Assembly (NCBI RefSeq): GCF_001457595.1
Contig: NZ_LN831039.1
Location: 2,730,001 to 2,762,000 of the forward strand
Length of the DNA: 32,000 bases
DNA from: Mycolicibacterium smegmatis
GTDB taxonomy: Bacteria > Actinomycetota > Actinomycetes > Mycobacteriales > Mycobacteriaceae
Reading direction: 5' to 3'
This document shows, in pieces, positions 9,680 to 17,926 of the stretch. The notes beneath the pieces are model-generated. The model had not been told where the DNA came from. It did not search any database and saw only the letters and a list, made by a program, of their open reading frames with translations. The number at the start of each line of letters is the position of its first letter. The stretch's first letter is position 1. A program made the position numbers and the translations under genes.

Positions 9680-10489
9680 GTGGTTGCAACCGCGGAGACC
9701 ACCGCGTGGCGGCCGCACGTGGCGGGGATCAGAGAGGTCTTCCACGCGCGGTTCATCGACCACGCCTACCCGCAACACACACACGACGCGTGGACGTTGC
9801 TCATCGTCGACACCGGCATCATCGGGTACGAACTCGACCGGCGCGAGCACGGCAGCACCGGGGACGTGGTGACGCTCTTGCCGCCGCATGTGCCGCACAA
9901 CGGACGCGCGGTCCGTCCCGGCGGCTTCCGCAAACGCGTGCTCTACCTCGAACCCGATCTGCTCACGGGAATCGGTGCGGCCGTGGGCACCCCGACCCTG
10001 GCCGATCCGGCGCTGCGCAACCGCATCTCCGGCCTGCACCGGGCCTTGGGGCCCGGCGACGAGTTCGAGGCGTCCAGCCGGCTGGCATTCGTCGTCGAAC
10101 GTCTCCAACAACATCTGGCCGGTGCGGTCGCACCGCCGGCGCCGGTGCGTGACCGGCGTCTGGCATCACGGCTGCGCGAACTCATCGACAGCCGGATCAC
10201 GACGGGCCTGACCCTCGACGAGGCCGGTGACATCCTGCACGCCGATCCGGTGCACCTGGTGCGCACCTTCGGCCGTGAGTTCGGGCTGCCGCCGCACCGG
10301 TACCTCACGGGCCGCAGGGTGGACGAGGCCCGCCGTTTGCTCCTGGACGGCATGCGCCCGGCCGACGTCGCGGCAGCGGTCGGCTTCCACGACCAGTCAC
10401 ACCTGCACCGGCACTTCAGGAAGATGCTGGGCACCACACCTGCGCGCTTCGCGCGCCGCGGCCGGACCGAGTCGGGCGATTCTCGGTAG
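9680..10489 (+). CDS. AraC family transcriptional regulator (cupin-type N-domain plus HTH)
   Basis: The C-terminus (LTLDEAG...FHDQSHLHRHFRKMLGTTPARF) is an AraC HTH. GTG at 9680 is preceded by TACGTT (9668-9673) at 6 nt, which is leaderless geometry. The alternative ATG at 9629 overlaps the divergent start codon. Confidence 0.8.
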   Translation: MVATAETTAWRPHVAGIREVFHARFIDHAYPQHTHDAWTLLIVDTGIIGYELDRREHGSTGDVVTLLPPHVPHNGRAVRPGGFRKRVLYLEPDLLTGIGAAVGTPTLADPALRNRISGLHRALGPGDEFEASSRLAFVVERLQQHLAGAVAPPAPVRDRRLASRLRELIDSRITTGLTLDEAGDILHADPVHLVRTFGREFGLPPHRYLTGRRVDEARRLLLDGMRPADVAAAVGFHDQSHLHRHFRKMLGTTPARFARRGRTESGDSR

Positions 10490-10498
10490 CCTGATGCC

Positions 10499-11194
10499 AT
10501 GACCAGCCTGCGGCGGGGGACGAGGCGGTCGGTTGCAGTGCTCGTGGGAGTGCTCGCGGTGCTGGCCGCGTGCTCACTGACCGCATGCGCCACTGTGGTC
10601 ACGGGCACGGCCACGTGGCCCGGCGCGACCATGGACCGGGTTTTGCTCACTGCCGCGGATTTTCCGCAGGGCGTGCAGTACGACCGCATCGTCGAAGACG
10701 CAGGGGAGCCCGACGGATCCGGGGGACCGCCCGCCATGCTGTCCGCGCCGGAAGGCTGCACCGACGGTCTCACGCGCGTCATCGCCGGCTCGGCCGAACG
10801 CGGCCCTGGTGCCGCGGGCAAGTTCATCGCGGCCTACGACGGGGCCCGGATGGTCGTCACGGTGCTCAGTTCGCCGCTGCCGCTCGACCGTCTCGACGCC
10901 ACCGCGCAACGGTGCGCGCAGTTCCGGGCCTTCTTCGACCCGTCCGACGAGGGCATCCCGATCACCACCACCAGGCTGCAGGCACCGCGGTCGTCGGCGT
11001 TGGTCTACCGGCAGACCATGCGGCTCAACGACGTCGACGAGAGCGTGTACTTCGGCTTCGAAAATGTCGGCGGCTGGTCGGTTTTCGGTATCGCGTTCCC
11101 CACGCCCAACCCGTCGATCGCGGCGAAGGCGACCCTGCCCGAGACCTTCCTCGAGGCGTTCTTCAAGCAGGTCGAGCGCGTCGAGGCCCGCTGA
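10499..11194 (+). CDS. Putative secreted lipoprotein, possibly a PknH-like sensor-domain type
   Basis: Signal peptide with lipobox VLAAC and three further Cys residues. No enzymatic motif is recognisable. The domain assignment is tentative. Confidence 0.55.
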   Translation: MTSLRRGTRRSVAVLVGVLAVLAACSLTACATVVTGTATWPGATMDRVLLTAADFPQGVQYDRIVEDAGEPDGSGGPPAMLSAPEGCTDGLTRVIAGSAERGPGAAGKFIAAYDGARMVVTVLSSPLPLDRLDATAQRCAQFRAFFDPSDEGIPITTTRLQAPRSSALVYRQTMRLNDVDESVYFGFENVGGWSVFGIAFPTPNPSIAAKATLPETFLEAFFKQVERVEAR

Positions 11195-11267
11195 GCAACC
11201 GCTGACGCTTGCGTTGGGACACCCTGATTTCGTGACGCCGCCGCCATCGGGACGGTAGGTTGGCCGA

Positions 11268-11831
11268 ATGCTGACCACCGTGGAAACGATTGACGGCTTC
11301 CCCATCGCCGTCGACGTCGCCGGGCCCGACAAGGGTTCGAATGTGGTGCTGCTCAGCGCCGGTCACCACGGCCCCGGAGCCTATGAGGGCATCTGTCAGC
11401 GCCTGCACACCGCATCGCTGCGCACCGTCGTCATCTCTCCGGACCCCCGCCTCACCGCCAAGTCCGTTGTGGGCATTCTCGATGCATTGGGAATCAAATG
11501 GTCTTTGCTGGTGGGTGATCGGCTGGGCGGCGAACTCGCGTGGGAACTCGCCGCGACCCGGCTCGACAAGTTCGTCGGCCTGGTCGTGGTGGACCGCGGG
11601 CATCCCCGCGTCGCCGATCCCACCGGCGTCATCCGTGACCCGCACTGTCCGCCCGTCGAGATGAACACGACCGCGTTGGTCAGCACGCCTGCGGCCCGCG
11701 CGGTGGCCAAGGCCAGCCAGCGCTACGTGTACGGCGACTTCCGGCTCGTCGAGATGCTCGGGCGGCGCAACGCGCAGGACACCACGGCACAGTTGGCCGC
11801 CGAGATCGTGCTGCGTACCAGCACCTGGTAG
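11268..11831 (+). CDS. Short alpha/beta-hydrolase-fold protein lacking the nucleophile serine (probable pseudoenzyme)
   Basis: 187 aa. The nucleophile elbow reads LVGDRLGG where GxSxG is expected. TAGGTT (11256-11261) lies 6 nt before the ATG. Confidence 0.55.
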   Translation: MLTTVETIDGFPIAVDVAGPDKGSNVVLLSAGHHGPGAYEGICQRLHTASLRTVVISPDPRLTAKSVVGILDALGIKWSLLVGDRLGGELAWELAATRLDKFVGLVVVDRGHPRVADPTGVIRDPHCPPVEMNTTALVSTPAARAVAKASQRYVYGDFRLVEMLGRRNAQDTTAQLAAEIVLRTSTW

Positions 11832-11832
11832 A

Positions 11833-13662
11833 TCATTCGGGCCGGATCGGCGTCTCCGACGGCGTCCAGGCCTGAGGCAGGCCCGGCTGCTGCGGGAACA
11901 GGAAGTCGACGAACGCCGCGGCCGTGGGCTGCGGTTCGTGGTTGGCCAGCCCGGGCCGCTCGTTGGCCTCGATGAACACGTATTCGGTGCCCCGCACATC
12001 CGGCACCAGCAGGTCGATGCCGGTGACGGGGATGCCGATCGCCTCGGCCGCGCGCACACCCACCCGGCACAGCTCCGGGTTCACTTCGGCGGTGACATCG
12101 TGGATCGTGCCGCCCTGGTGCAGGTTCGCGGTGCGGCGCACCCGCAGGCGTTGACCCTCGGGCAGAACGTCGTCCAACGACCACCCGGCCTCGGCGACCG
12201 TCGAGGCGGTCACGTCGTCCATCGGGATGCGGGACTCGCCGCCGGTGGCAGCGGCGCGGCGGCGGCTCTGGGTCTCGATGAGCTCGCGGATGGTGTGTCC
12301 ACCGGTGCCGACGATCTCGGCGGGCCTGCGGATCGCGGCGGCCACGACCTTGCCGTCGATCACCACGAGTCGCAGATCGTCGCCTTTGGCGCGTTGCTCG
12401 ATGAGCACCTCGGGATGCTGCTCGCGGGCCCGGTGCAGGGCCGCGTCGAGTTCCTCGGGGCTGCCGACGCCGACCGTGATGCCCTTGCCCTGCTCGCCGC
12501 GCGTGGGCTTCACCACGACGTCGCCGACCTCGGCGAGGAACTTGTGGTCCGCCTCGTCGAAGGTCGCCAGCCGGCCCTTGGGAACCGTGATGCCGGCGTC
12601 GGAGACGATGCGGCGGGTCTGACGCTTGTCGTCACAGCGGCTCATTGCGACCGCGGAGGTGAACTCCGACAAGGATTCCCGCGTGATGACAGTGCGGCCG
12701 CCGTGCGACAGCCGCATCTCTCCGGCGCCCGCGTCGAGCACCTCGACCCAGATGCCGCGGCGGATGGCCTCGTCGGCGATGATGCGCGCGTACGGGTTGA
12801 GATCGTCGACGGTCTCGGGGGGATGCGTGAACAGCGGTTCGTTGATCGCGTTCTTGCGTTTGACCGCCAGCACCGGCACCCGCTGGAAACCGAGCTTCTC
12901 GTACAACCCGATCGCCGCGGCGTTGTCGTGCGCCACCGACAGATCCAGGTAGGCACGGCCCCGCGCGTGCAGCATGCCCGCCAGTGTCCGGGTCAGCGCG
13001 GCGCCCACACCGGGCAGGCTCGCGGCCGGATCCACCGCGAGGCTCCACAGGCTCGAACCGTCCTCGGGATCGTCGAACAACTGCTTGTGGTCCACACCGG
13101 TCACGGTGCCGACGATGCTGCCGTCGTCGTCGCGGACCGCGACGAGGTAGATCACCGCAGGGTTCTCGGTGTGGTTGCGCCAGATGACGTCCACCGGGGC
13201 CGGAACCATGCCGCACCGCACGTACACGCGGTTCATCGAATCGGCGTCCTCGGGTGACTCCAGTGTGCGCACCGTGAACCCGATCGGCTCGGCGGGCGGC
13301 AACTCGCCGGTGAACCGCTTGCGGTAGGTGTGGCTGGGGTCGATGAACAACTCGGCGGGGGAGCGCGCGACGAGCACATGGGACTCGCGCGCGTAGATGC
13401 AGATGTCGCGACGGCCCGGCCGCTCCTGCTGCAGCGCCTCGGCGAGCTTCTCCGGATCGGCGAAGGTCTGGCCGAAGATCAGCCTGCCCCAACCGAGTTC
13501 GAGCTCGACGTCATCGGCCATCGCATCGACGAGGTGTTGCGGTGAGGCGTCGTGCAGGCCCATCGTGATGGCCTCGGTGTGGTCTTCGACCGGCGGTTCC
13601 GGGTCCGGTGTGGAGGCCGGTGCGGGTGCCGGGGCGGCGGCGTCCGGCTCGAGCGCGGTCAT
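11833..13662 (-). CDS. ngg: N-acetylglutaminylglutamine synthetase (Ngg): GNAT plus ATP-grasp bifunctional enzyme
   Basis: 609 aa. It has the conserved GWGRLIFGQTF block, a GNAT core (LAVDPAASLPGVGAAL) and a C-terminal RimK-like ATP-grasp domain. The ATG at 13662 overlaps the asnO stop (ATGA). The 946-aa ORF in the track is an artefactual extension. Confidence 0.8.
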   Translation of the reverse strand: MTALEPDAAAPAPAPASTPDPEPPVEDHTEAITMGLHDASPQHLVDAMADDVELELGWGRLIFGQTFADPEKLAEALQQERPGRRDICIYARESHVLVARSPAELFIDPSHTYRKRFTGELPPAEPIGFTVRTLESPEDADSMNRVYVRCGMVPAPVDVIWRNHTENPAVIYLVAVRDDDGSIVGTVTGVDHKQLFDDPEDGSSLWSLAVDPAASLPGVGAALTRTLAGMLHARGRAYLDLSVAHDNAAAIGLYEKLGFQRVPVLAVKRKNAINEPLFTHPPETVDDLNPYARIIADEAIRRGIWVEVLDAGAGEMRLSHGGRTVITRESLSEFTSAVAMSRCDDKRQTRRIVSDAGITVPKGRLATFDEADHKFLAEVGDVVVKPTRGEQGKGITVGVGSPEELDAALHRAREQHPEVLIEQRAKGDDLRLVVIDGKVVAAAIRRPAEIVGTGGHTIRELIETQSRRRAAATGGESRIPMDDVTASTVAEAGWSLDDVLPEGQRLRVRRTANLHQGGTIHDVTAEVNPELCRVGVRAAEAIGIPVTGIDLLVPDVRGTEYVFIEANERPGLANHEPQPTAAAFVDFLFPQQPGLPQAWTPSETPIRPE

Positions 13663-15464
13663 GCCGCGCTCCCGGTGATGCCGTGACGCTGCAACCACAA
13701 CTCCAGCAGACCGATCTGCCACAACTCGTTGCCGCGCAGCGGCGTCAGCCTGCCGTTGGGGTCGGCGAGAAGCCGTTCCACCGCCTCGGGCCGGAACAGC
13801 CCGCGCTCTTTGGCCTCGGGCGCGTACAGCGCGTCGCGCACCATGTTGAGGTACGGCCCCTCGAGATGGGTCAGCGCGGGCACCGGGAAGTAGCCCTTGG
13901 GCCGGTCGATCACCGCGGCCGGGATCACCCGTCGCGCAGCCTCTTTCAGCACGCCTTTGCCGCCGTGGGCGGTCTTGAGTTCGGGCGGGCAGGTCGCCGC
14001 GAGTTCGACGAGTTCGTGGTCGAGGAACGGCACCCGGCCCTCCAGGCCCCACGCCATGGTCATGTTGTCGACACGCTTGACCGGATCGTCGACCAGCATC
14101 ACCGTGGTGTCCAGGCGCAGCGCCCGGTCGACGCCGGTCTCGGCGCCCGGCGCACCGAAGTGGTCGGTGACGAACACGCCGCTCGGATCTCCGTCGACCC
14201 GGTACGCGTCGCTGATGAGACTCGCGACGCCCGCGCTGTCGCGGTCGAAGAACGCACCGCGGTAGCTGTTCACCGCGCCGTCGAGCGATGCGGCGGCCGG
14301 CTCGGCCATCGGCGGATACCAGTGGTAGCCCGCGAATACCTCGTCGGCGCCCTGACCGGACTGCACCACCTTGACGTGCTTGGCCACTTCCTGGCTCAGC
14401 AGATAGAACGCCACACAGTCGTGGCTCACCATCGGTTCGCTCATCGCCGCGATCGCACCGTCGAGTGCGGGCAGCATGCGCGCGGTGTCGATGCGGATCT
14501 GGTGGTGGTCGGTGCCGAAGTGCTGGGCGACGATGTCGGAGTACTTGAACTCGTCGCCTGCGACACCGTTGACGGATTCGAAGCCGATGGAGAAGGTCTT
14601 GAGCCCGTGCTGGCCCGCCTCGGCGAGCAGGCCCACGATCAGGCTGGAGTCGACCCCGCCCGAGAGCAGGCACCCCACCGGTACGTCGGCCACCAGGCGT
14701 CGCTCGACGGCTTCCCGAAGTGACTGCAGCACTGCGTCTTCCCAGTCCCGCTCGGACCAGTCGGCACGTTCGGCGCGCCGCGAGAAATCGGGCGACCAGT
14801 AGACCGTGGTGCGCTGCGTCCCGTCGGGCTCGATCGCCACGATCGACGCGGGCGGCACCTTCTTGACGCCGCGCAGGATCGTCCGTGGCGGCGGCACCAC
14901 CGAGTGGAACGTCAGGTAGTGGTGCAGCGCGACCGAGTCGATCCCGGTGTCGACACCGCCGCCTGCCAGCAGCGCGGGCAGCGACGACGCGAACCGGATG
15001 CGGTCGCCCGTCTCGCTGAGGTACAGCGGCTTGATACCGAGCCGGTCGCGACCCAGCAGCACCCGGCCGGTGTCACGCTCGGCGATCGCGAACGCGAACA
15101 TCCCCTTGAGGTGTTCCACGAAACGATCACCCCAGTGGTGATAGGCCTTGATCAGCACCTCGGTGTCGCTGTGGGAGAAGAACCGGTACCCGTGCCCGGA
15201 CAGCTCGGCGCGCAGTTCCTTGTAGTTGTAGATGCAGCCGTTCCAACAGACGGCCAACCCCAGTTCGGGGTCGATCATCGGTTGCGCGCCCGCTTCGGTC
15301 AGATCAATGATTTTCAGTCGTCGGTGGCCCAGCGCTACCCGCCCCTGCGACCACACGCCCGCCGCATCGGGTCCCCTGGACGACATCGTCTCTGCCATGG
15401 CCGACACCGCGCCGATATCTGGTGTCCGGCCATCGAGACGCACCTCTCCGGTGGCTCCACACAT
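13659..15464 (-). CDS. asnO: Glutamine-dependent amidotransferase of the asparagine synthase family (AsnO-type, N-acetylglutaminylglutamine amidotransferase)
   Basis: 601 aa. MCG N-terminus gives the Ntn Cys2 nucleophile. SGGVDSS PP-loop is present. It is translationally coupled to ngg. Confidence 0.85.
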   Translation of the reverse strand: MCGATGEVRLDGRTPDIGAVSAMAETMSSRGPDAAGVWSQGRVALGHRRLKIIDLTEAGAQPMIDPELGLAVCWNGCIYNYKELRAELSGHGYRFFSHSDTEVLIKAYHHWGDRFVEHLKGMFAFAIAERDTGRVLLGRDRLGIKPLYLSETGDRIRFASSLPALLAGGGVDTGIDSVALHHYLTFHSVVPPPRTILRGVKKVPPASIVAIEPDGTQRTTVYWSPDFSRRAERADWSERDWEDAVLQSLREAVERRLVADVPVGCLLSGGVDSSLIVGLLAEAGQHGLKTFSIGFESVNGVAGDEFKYSDIVAQHFGTDHHQIRIDTARMLPALDGAIAAMSEPMVSHDCVAFYLLSQEVAKHVKVVQSGQGADEVFAGYHWYPPMAEPAAASLDGAVNSYRGAFFDRDSAGVASLISDAYRVDGDPSGVFVTDHFGAPGAETGVDRALRLDTTVMLVDDPVKRVDNMTMAWGLEGRVPFLDHELVELAATCPPELKTAHGGKGVLKEAARRVIPAAVIDRPKGYFPVPALTHLEGPYLNMVRDALYAPEAKERGLFRPEAVERLLADPNGRLTPLRGNELWQIGLLELWLQRHGITGSAA

Positions 15465-15471
15465 CAGTTCG

Positions 15472-15477
15472 ACCCTA
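15472..15477 (-). promoter_or_regulatory. Candidate -10 element (TAGGGT) for a leaderless asnO-ngg mRNA
   Basis: The minus strand reads TTGTAGGGT-CGAACTG-ATG. A TANNNT hexamer lies 7 nt upstream of the asnO ATG, and there is no Shine-Dalgarno. Confidence 0.4.
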
Positions 15478-15732
15478 CAAGGGTGGCGGCCCGATGTCTC
15501 ACGCCTGACAATTTCGGGACCTGCGCAGCCGGCATCTCAGAGCACTTCACGACCGGTATTTACCTTTTTGATCAAGTCGCTAAACCCCCGTTCGGGCATC
15601 CGCGTTTGCCAGATCTGCAGCCTCGTGCGCGGATCGCCGTCCGCACTCGCCGTTCGGCCTCTATTGGTAGGTTCGCCGACCTTTTGTGCGTGACATTCGG
15701 GCGTATTCGAGGGACGATCTTCACGTCGTTGT

Positions 15733-15767
15733 GTTCATGAACGGGTGCAAAGGTCGGCTTGACGTCA
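15733..15767. promoter_or_regulatory. Candidate operator palindromes upstream of glnA4
   Basis: Perfect 10-bp palindrome GTTCATGAAC (15733-15742) and 8-bp palindrome TGACGTCA (15760-15767). They lie 50-85 bp upstream of the glnA4 ATG. Confidence 0.35.
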
Positions 15768-15816
15768 GCAGAACGGACGATCGGTCACCCGGAAAGCACC
15801 GAGAGGAAGGTGCACG

Positions 15817-17190
15817 ATGAGCCGTAACCCCGGCATGCTGACACAGGACGAACTTGTGCAGCTCGTCACAGACGGTGAGATCGACACGGTGATCGTCGCG
15901 TTCTGCGACATGCAGGGCAGGCTGACGGGCAAACGGGTGTCGGCTCGGCTGTTCGTCGAAGAGGTCGCCGCCAACGGCTGCGAGTGTTGCAACTACCTGC
16001 TTGCCGTGGACGTCGACATGAACACCGTCGACGGATACGCGGTCTCGAGTTGGGAGACCGGCTACGGCGACATGGTGATGACGCCCGACTTCTCGACGTT
16101 GCGCCGCATCCCGTGGTTGCCCGGCACGGCCATGGTGATGGCCGATCTGTCCTGGCTCGACGGCAACCCTGTCGCGGTCGCGCCGCGCAGCATCCTCAAC
16201 CACCAGATCGACCGGCTCGCCGAACGCGGACTCGTGCCCTTCGTGGGCACCGAGTTGGAGTTCATGGTGTTCGACGACAGCTTCCGGCAGGCCTGGTCGT
16301 CGGGATACCACAACCTCACCCCGGCCACCGACTACAACGTCGACTACGCCATCCACGCCTCCACCCGCATGGAACCGTTGCTGCGTGACATCCGCCGCGG
16401 CATGGAGGGCGCCGGCATGTACTGCGAGGGCGTCAAGGGCGAGTGCAACCTGGGCCAGCAGGAGATCGCGTTCCGCTACGACCGCGCCAGGGTGACGTGC
16501 GACAACCACACGATCTATCGCAACGGCGCCAAGGAAATCGCCGACCAGCACGGCAAGAGCCTCACGTTCATGGCGAAATACGATGAACGCGAAGGCAACA
16601 GCTGCCACATCCACATCTCGCTGCGCGGGGCGGGCGAGAACGGCGACGCGGTGTTCGCCGACGAGTCCGACCCGCACGGGATGTCGCCGTTGTTCCGCAG
16701 TTTCATCGCGGGCATCCTCGCGACGCTGCGTGAGCTCACCCTGTTCTACGCGCCGAACATCAACTCCTACAAGCGGTTCGTGGACGGCAGCTTCGCGCCC
16801 ACCGCGGTGGCGTGGGGCTTCGACAACCGCACGTGTGCGTTGCGCGTCGTCGGGCACGGCCACGGCATGCGCGTCGAGTGCCGCGCGCCCGGCGGCGACG
16901 TCAACCAGTACCTCGCGGTGTCGGCGCTGATCGCGGGCGGGCTCTACGGCATCGAGCGTGACCTCGAACTCCCCGAACCGATGGCGGGCAACGCCTACAC
17001 CAGCGGGGCCGAGCGGCTGCCCACCACCCTGGCCGAGGCGGCCGATCTCTTCGCGAAGTCCGAGGTGGCGCGCGCGGCGTTCGGGGACGACGTCGTCGAG
17101 CACTACCTGAACTACGCGCGCGTCGAGATGGCGGCGTTCAACGCGGCCGTGACGGACTGGGAGAGGGTGCGCGGTTTTGAGCGACTCTGA
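15817..17190 (+). CDS. glnA4: Glutamine synthetase-like gamma-glutamyl-amine ligase (GlnA4 type)
   Basis: 457 aa with a GS catalytic domain (NSCHIHISL, NSYKRF). GAGAGGAAGG Shine-Dalgarno precedes the ATG. Synteny with Rv2860c. Confidence 0.9.
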   Translation: MSRNPGMLTQDELVQLVTDGEIDTVIVAFCDMQGRLTGKRVSARLFVEEVAANGCECCNYLLAVDVDMNTVDGYAVSSWETGYGDMVMTPDFSTLRRIPWLPGTAMVMADLSWLDGNPVAVAPRSILNHQIDRLAERGLVPFVGTELEFMVFDDSFRQAWSSGYHNLTPATDYNVDYAIHASTRMEPLLRDIRRGMEGAGMYCEGVKGECNLGQQEIAFRYDRARVTCDNHTIYRNGAKEIADQHGKSLTFMAKYDEREGNSCHIHISLRGAGENGDAVFADESDPHGMSPLFRSFIAGILATLRELTLFYAPNINSYKRFVDGSFAPTAVAWGFDNRTCALRVVGHGHGMRVECRAPGGDVNQYLAVSALIAGGLYGIERDLELPEPMAGNAYTSGAERLPTTLAEAADLFAKSEVARAAFGDDVVEHYLNYARVEMAAFNAAVTDWERVRGFERL

Positions 17191-17926
17191 TTCATCCGAA
17201 CTGCGTCCCGTCATCGGGATGACCACCTATCTGCAGCAGGCGCAGACAGGCGTGTGGGATGTGCGCGCGAGCTTCCTGCCGCAGATCTACTTCGCCGGTG
17301 TGAACCTCGCGGGAGGTATCGCGGTGCTGTTGCCCCCGCAACCCGTCGACGGCGACGTGGCCGACCGTGTGCTCGATCGGCTCGACGGACTGGTGATCAC
17401 CGGCGGGCCCGACGTCGACCCGGCCCGCTACGGGCAGAAACCGCACCCGAAGACCAATGAGCCCGCGCTCGAGCGCGACGAGTGGGAGTTCGCGCTCCTG
17501 TCGGGAGCGTTGGCGCGCGGCATCCCGGTGCTGGGGGTCTGCCGCGGCGCCCAGGTGCTCAACACCGCGCTCGGCGGCACGCTGCACCAGCACCTGCCCG
17601 ACGTCATCGGGCACACTCACCACCAGAAGGGTGACGCGGTCTTCGGCACGTCCGATGTGCGCACCGTGTCCGGCACCCGGCTCGCCTCGCTGATCGGTGA
17701 GAGCTCCGATGCCCAGTGTTACCACCACCAGGCCATCGACCGGCTCGGGGAGGGGCTCGTGGTCAGCGCGCGCGACACCGACGGGGTGATCGAGGCCGTC
17801 GAGGTGCCCGGTGAGGCGTTCGTGCTGGGCGTGCAATGGCACCCCGAAGAGCGCCTCGATGATCTGCGGCTCTTCCGCGCCGTGGTGGAGGCGGCCAGAA
17901 CGTATGCGACAGAGAGGGTCTCATGA
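17177..17926 (+). CDS. Gamma-glutamyl-(gamma-aminobutyrate-type) hydrolase, peptidase C26 / class I amidotransferase (PuuD-like, Rv2859c-like)
   Basis: Motifs RPVIGMTTY, GVCRGAQVLN (nucleophile Cys) and HHQAI. The TTG start at 17177 overlaps the glnA4 end by 14 nt. An alternative start is the ATG at 17219. Confidence 0.85.
   Translation: MSDSDSSELRPVIGMTTYLQQAQTGVWDVRASFLPQIYFAGVNLAGGIAVLLPPQPVDGDVADRVLDRLDGLVITGGPDVDPARYGQKPHPKTNEPALERDEWEFALLSGALARGIPVLGVCRGAQVLNTALGGTLHQHLPDVIGHTHHQKGDAVFGTSDVRTVSGTRLASLIGESSDAQCYHHQAIDRLGEGLVVSARDTDGVIEAVEVPGEAFVLGVQWHPEERLDDLRLFRAVVEAARTYATERVS

Noticed and set aside
10585-10597. GCCACTG (a B12-box-like heptamer), considered as a hint of a cobalamin riboswitch given cobQ and cbiMNQO in the window
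   Set aside because: It lies inside the lipoprotein coding sequence, far from cobQ and cbiM, and the surrounding sequence has none of the conserved riboswitch helices. The cbiM upstream spacer is only 80 nt and is occupied by the ArsR operator and promoter.
13663-14673. N-terminal 337 residues of the 946-aa ORF (11833-14673) that would extend ngg across asnO
   Set aside because: This part overlaps asnO in another frame and is Arg/Gly/Pro-rich nonsense. The conserved Ngg sequence begins after the ATG at 13662, which overlaps the asnO stop in a typical ATGA coupling.
15537-15599. 20-codon minus-strand mini-ORF (MPERGFSDLIKKVNTGREVL) upstream of asnO as a possible leader peptide
   Set aside because: It has no Shine-Dalgarno or -10 geometry and is not enriched in Asn/Gln codons, so an attenuation mechanism is unsupported. 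asnO itself looks leaderless with an adjacent promoter.
15721-17226. 501-aa minus-strand ORF antisense to glnA4, plus similar long antisense or out-of-frame ORFs (for example 367-1053, 6887-7660, 7591-8388, 9326-10114, 9943-10827, 19170-20327, 22793-23638, 25802-26449, 27547-28377, 31099-31971)
   Set aside because: Each one overlaps a gene with strong family motifs on the other strand or in another frame. Their translations are Arg/Pro/Gly/Ala-rich with no recognisable family, which is the usual high-GC ORF artefact.
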